A DNA stretch of 62,896 nt, filler included, from Octopus bimaculoides (Eukaryota), in the NCBI RefSeq assembly GCF_001194135.2. It is 7 parts of 7 records of this genome, joined end to end, with 100 filler letters (N's around TTAATTAATTAA, not from the genome) between each part and the next. Parts side by side here need not be neighbours in the genome. Positions count along the whole stretch, not along the records: positions 49,729 to 62,896 come from NC_068982.1; 6 more parts are not named here. One strand, written 5' to 3'. The first letter of the stretch is position 1; every line of letters starts with the position of its first letter. A program made the translations under genes and the position numbers. Below are positions 60,900 to 62,896 of the stretch, piece by piece. The notes below the pieces were generated by a model, which saw only the letters and a list, made by a program, of their open reading frames with translations, made no database searches and was not told the DNA's origin.

Positions 60900-61419
60900 C
60901 ACCAGTTAAATCCGAGATGCACCCTACCCTGTCTAACCTATTGTTAAAACCTATGGCAAATTCCCTTTTTAGCCCACACGTTTACATGTATCCATCTACT
61001 TCTACTGCCCAAGGCCAAATAGGCCCATGCTGGTCCTACTTCTGCTCACTTGACCTCATTTTTCCTCTTCTGGTAGAGCCTCTCAGCCATTGACATCACT
61101 GATCCTTTCCTCCTGGTTCACTTCATCTCCACACACACCCTGATCTCAAAGATCACCTCCTCAATTCACTCCATGTTGAAATCTGCCATCCACCTAGGTG
61201 AACGTCTCACTCACTGTGATCTCTACAGGGATGGAGTACCACTTGCTTCCTCTTCTCAACCTATGTCATCTGACAAAGCAACAATTCTGCAATCATCCAA
61301 GACATGACGTGGCATTCCATCCACAGAGACATTATTTTAGGAATTAACTGCTGTCACTGAGATGTACAGTGCACCTTTGGGGGCTTGACCCAGACTTCAT
61401 CTCCTACCTGTATGAAAGT

Positions 61420-61460
<41 letters not shown>

Positions 61461-62770
61461 CAGGGTTTTGTGATGCTGTAGATAGGTGTCACCATTCATA
61501 TCTGAATATCGCTTTGTGTGACATGGACTCCTCAGCTTGTCCTGATCAGGGTGACATATTGTACCAAAATATTGCTTCCAGTGGTAAGATGTGTCACCTT
61601 GATTGTGCAATAGTGTCTTTCCATGATCCCATTTCCACTTGGCCTGTATGCCACTCTGAAGAAGTAGTGCACATTCCACTTATTGAGCATCTCGAAATGA
61701 AATGCAGTGCTGTTGTCCATCAGCAATTCGTCCACAGTGCCCTGCTCCAGGAGTATCTTGTTCAGGACATGTGCAACTTCATCTGCAGCACCTGCCTTAA
61801 TTTCCCTCCATGTCTCCATTCGACCCAGTCTGTAGTCAACCATTGAGAGATATGTCCCCTGCTAGTAGTGTGTCACATCCACCGCCAATCATCTCCAGTT
61901 GTGCTCTACTGAGATGTTTCTCAACTTGTGCACACCCAGATCAGGGTCAGTGGATTGGCATCTATCACAGCTCCTGAACACTTTTTGAATGCTCTGCCTA
62001 GTAATGTCAGAGTCAACCTTTCTGGCAAGATACAGGATTCTATCCATGCCCATATGATGCATGGTATGCAGTCTCCTTAGTTCCAAGTCACCTAGCTGAT
62101 ACACTACAGCTATTCCCTGTCCCAAATCTTCCAGCATTGCCAATCAGGCCTTTTTCACCCTGGTTAGAATGTCTGCCTTATTCCTTTTTGAGGGCATAAA
62201 GACCATACTCAACTTCAAACCAAATTTGGCAGCTAGCTCTCCCAGAACCTCTAGGTGACATTTTGCTAACACCTCTGCAGCCCCTTTCACTTGAGGGTTC
62301 CTTTTATCCATAATCACTGATCCTACCCATCCAAGTGCAGTAACCAAATTGGTTCAGATTTCAATAGAGTTCAGCCCCCATCTCAGGGCCCGATTCACCT
62401 GTTTCAGCATGGCATCCAACTCAGCCACATTGATGTGGTTGTAATTATGTGCTTTTCAGAGCCAGGCTGCATCCTCCACTTTGACACTCCCAATTTCCAG
62501 GACAATCCTTATTACTATGCTGCTAGCATTGCACCATATGGTCCCATTCTCCAATTTGGGTCTTACTGAGTCTTCTGCTCTTACCCTCTTTAGGATCTCC
62601 TACATTGTTGCCACCATCCTCTCTCCCATCTTGTCTCCCCAGCTTGCTCCATTCGCTCATCTCTTGATGTAGCTGTGTGATGTTCGAAGCCACCCTGCAA
62701 TTAGATGGTGAACCACTAGTCTAGTCTCCCACACATCAAGAATAGTTGACACTGGTGCCCAGTTCCAGAA
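60900..62770 (-). mobile_element. Ty3/Gypsy-like LTR retrotransposon pol remnant (RT connection, RNase H, integrase)
   Basis: VEDAAWL..HINVAELDA RNase H, HTMHHMG..CDRC zinc finger, MVDY..LMDNSTAF..YRPSGNGIMER integrase core, VGDEVWVKPP..VSVDGMPRHV C-terminus; many stops; LTRs not identified. Confidence 0.85.
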
Positions 62771-62857
62771 TCTCATTTTCTCTCTGAAACACCACCAGTG
62801 TGTGTATATATGTATGTATATACACATATATGTGCATGTGTGTGTGTATGTATGTAC

Positions 62858-62896
<39 letters not shown>

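Overview
AT-rich, microsatellite-dense animal genomic DNA. The SINE families and repeat landscape look like Octopus (coleoid cephalopod; O. bimaculoides-like by inference, not proven). The window is a patchwork of at least 7 assembly blocks joined by artificial 100-bp spacers (44N + TTAATTAATTAA + 44N), with many further N gaps, so adjacency across spacers is uncertain. The only host gene I can support is the 3' end of an HS1BP3-like gene: three minus-strand exons (48168-48292, 45296-45428, 43877-44084) that splice in frame with canonical GT-AG sites. Its PX-domain exons were not found here. Most of the remainder is transposon debris and unassigned low-complexity sequence: several mariner copies, pogo/Tc1, hAT and 8-bp-TSD MITEs, a hAT transposase remnant, Helitron Rep and helicase pieces, a Gypsy-like pol remnant, RTE and L1/Tx1-like LINE fragments, Penelope-like (PLE) fragments and many tRNA-derived SINEs. 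The most interesting observations are: (i) minimal dimer-type hammerhead ribozyme motifs in short PLE-type repeats, two sharing an unusual A6U core change; (ii) a 653-bp near-perfect foldback element with TA target duplication; (iii) a pre-miRNA-like 87-nt hairpin; (iv) an ORF1-only LINE sharing its 3' tail with a SINE; (v) a 51-bp repeat whose changes fall mainly at every third base. All family assignments come from recalled motifs, not database searches. Repeat boundaries are approximate unless a TSD or TIR is quoted.
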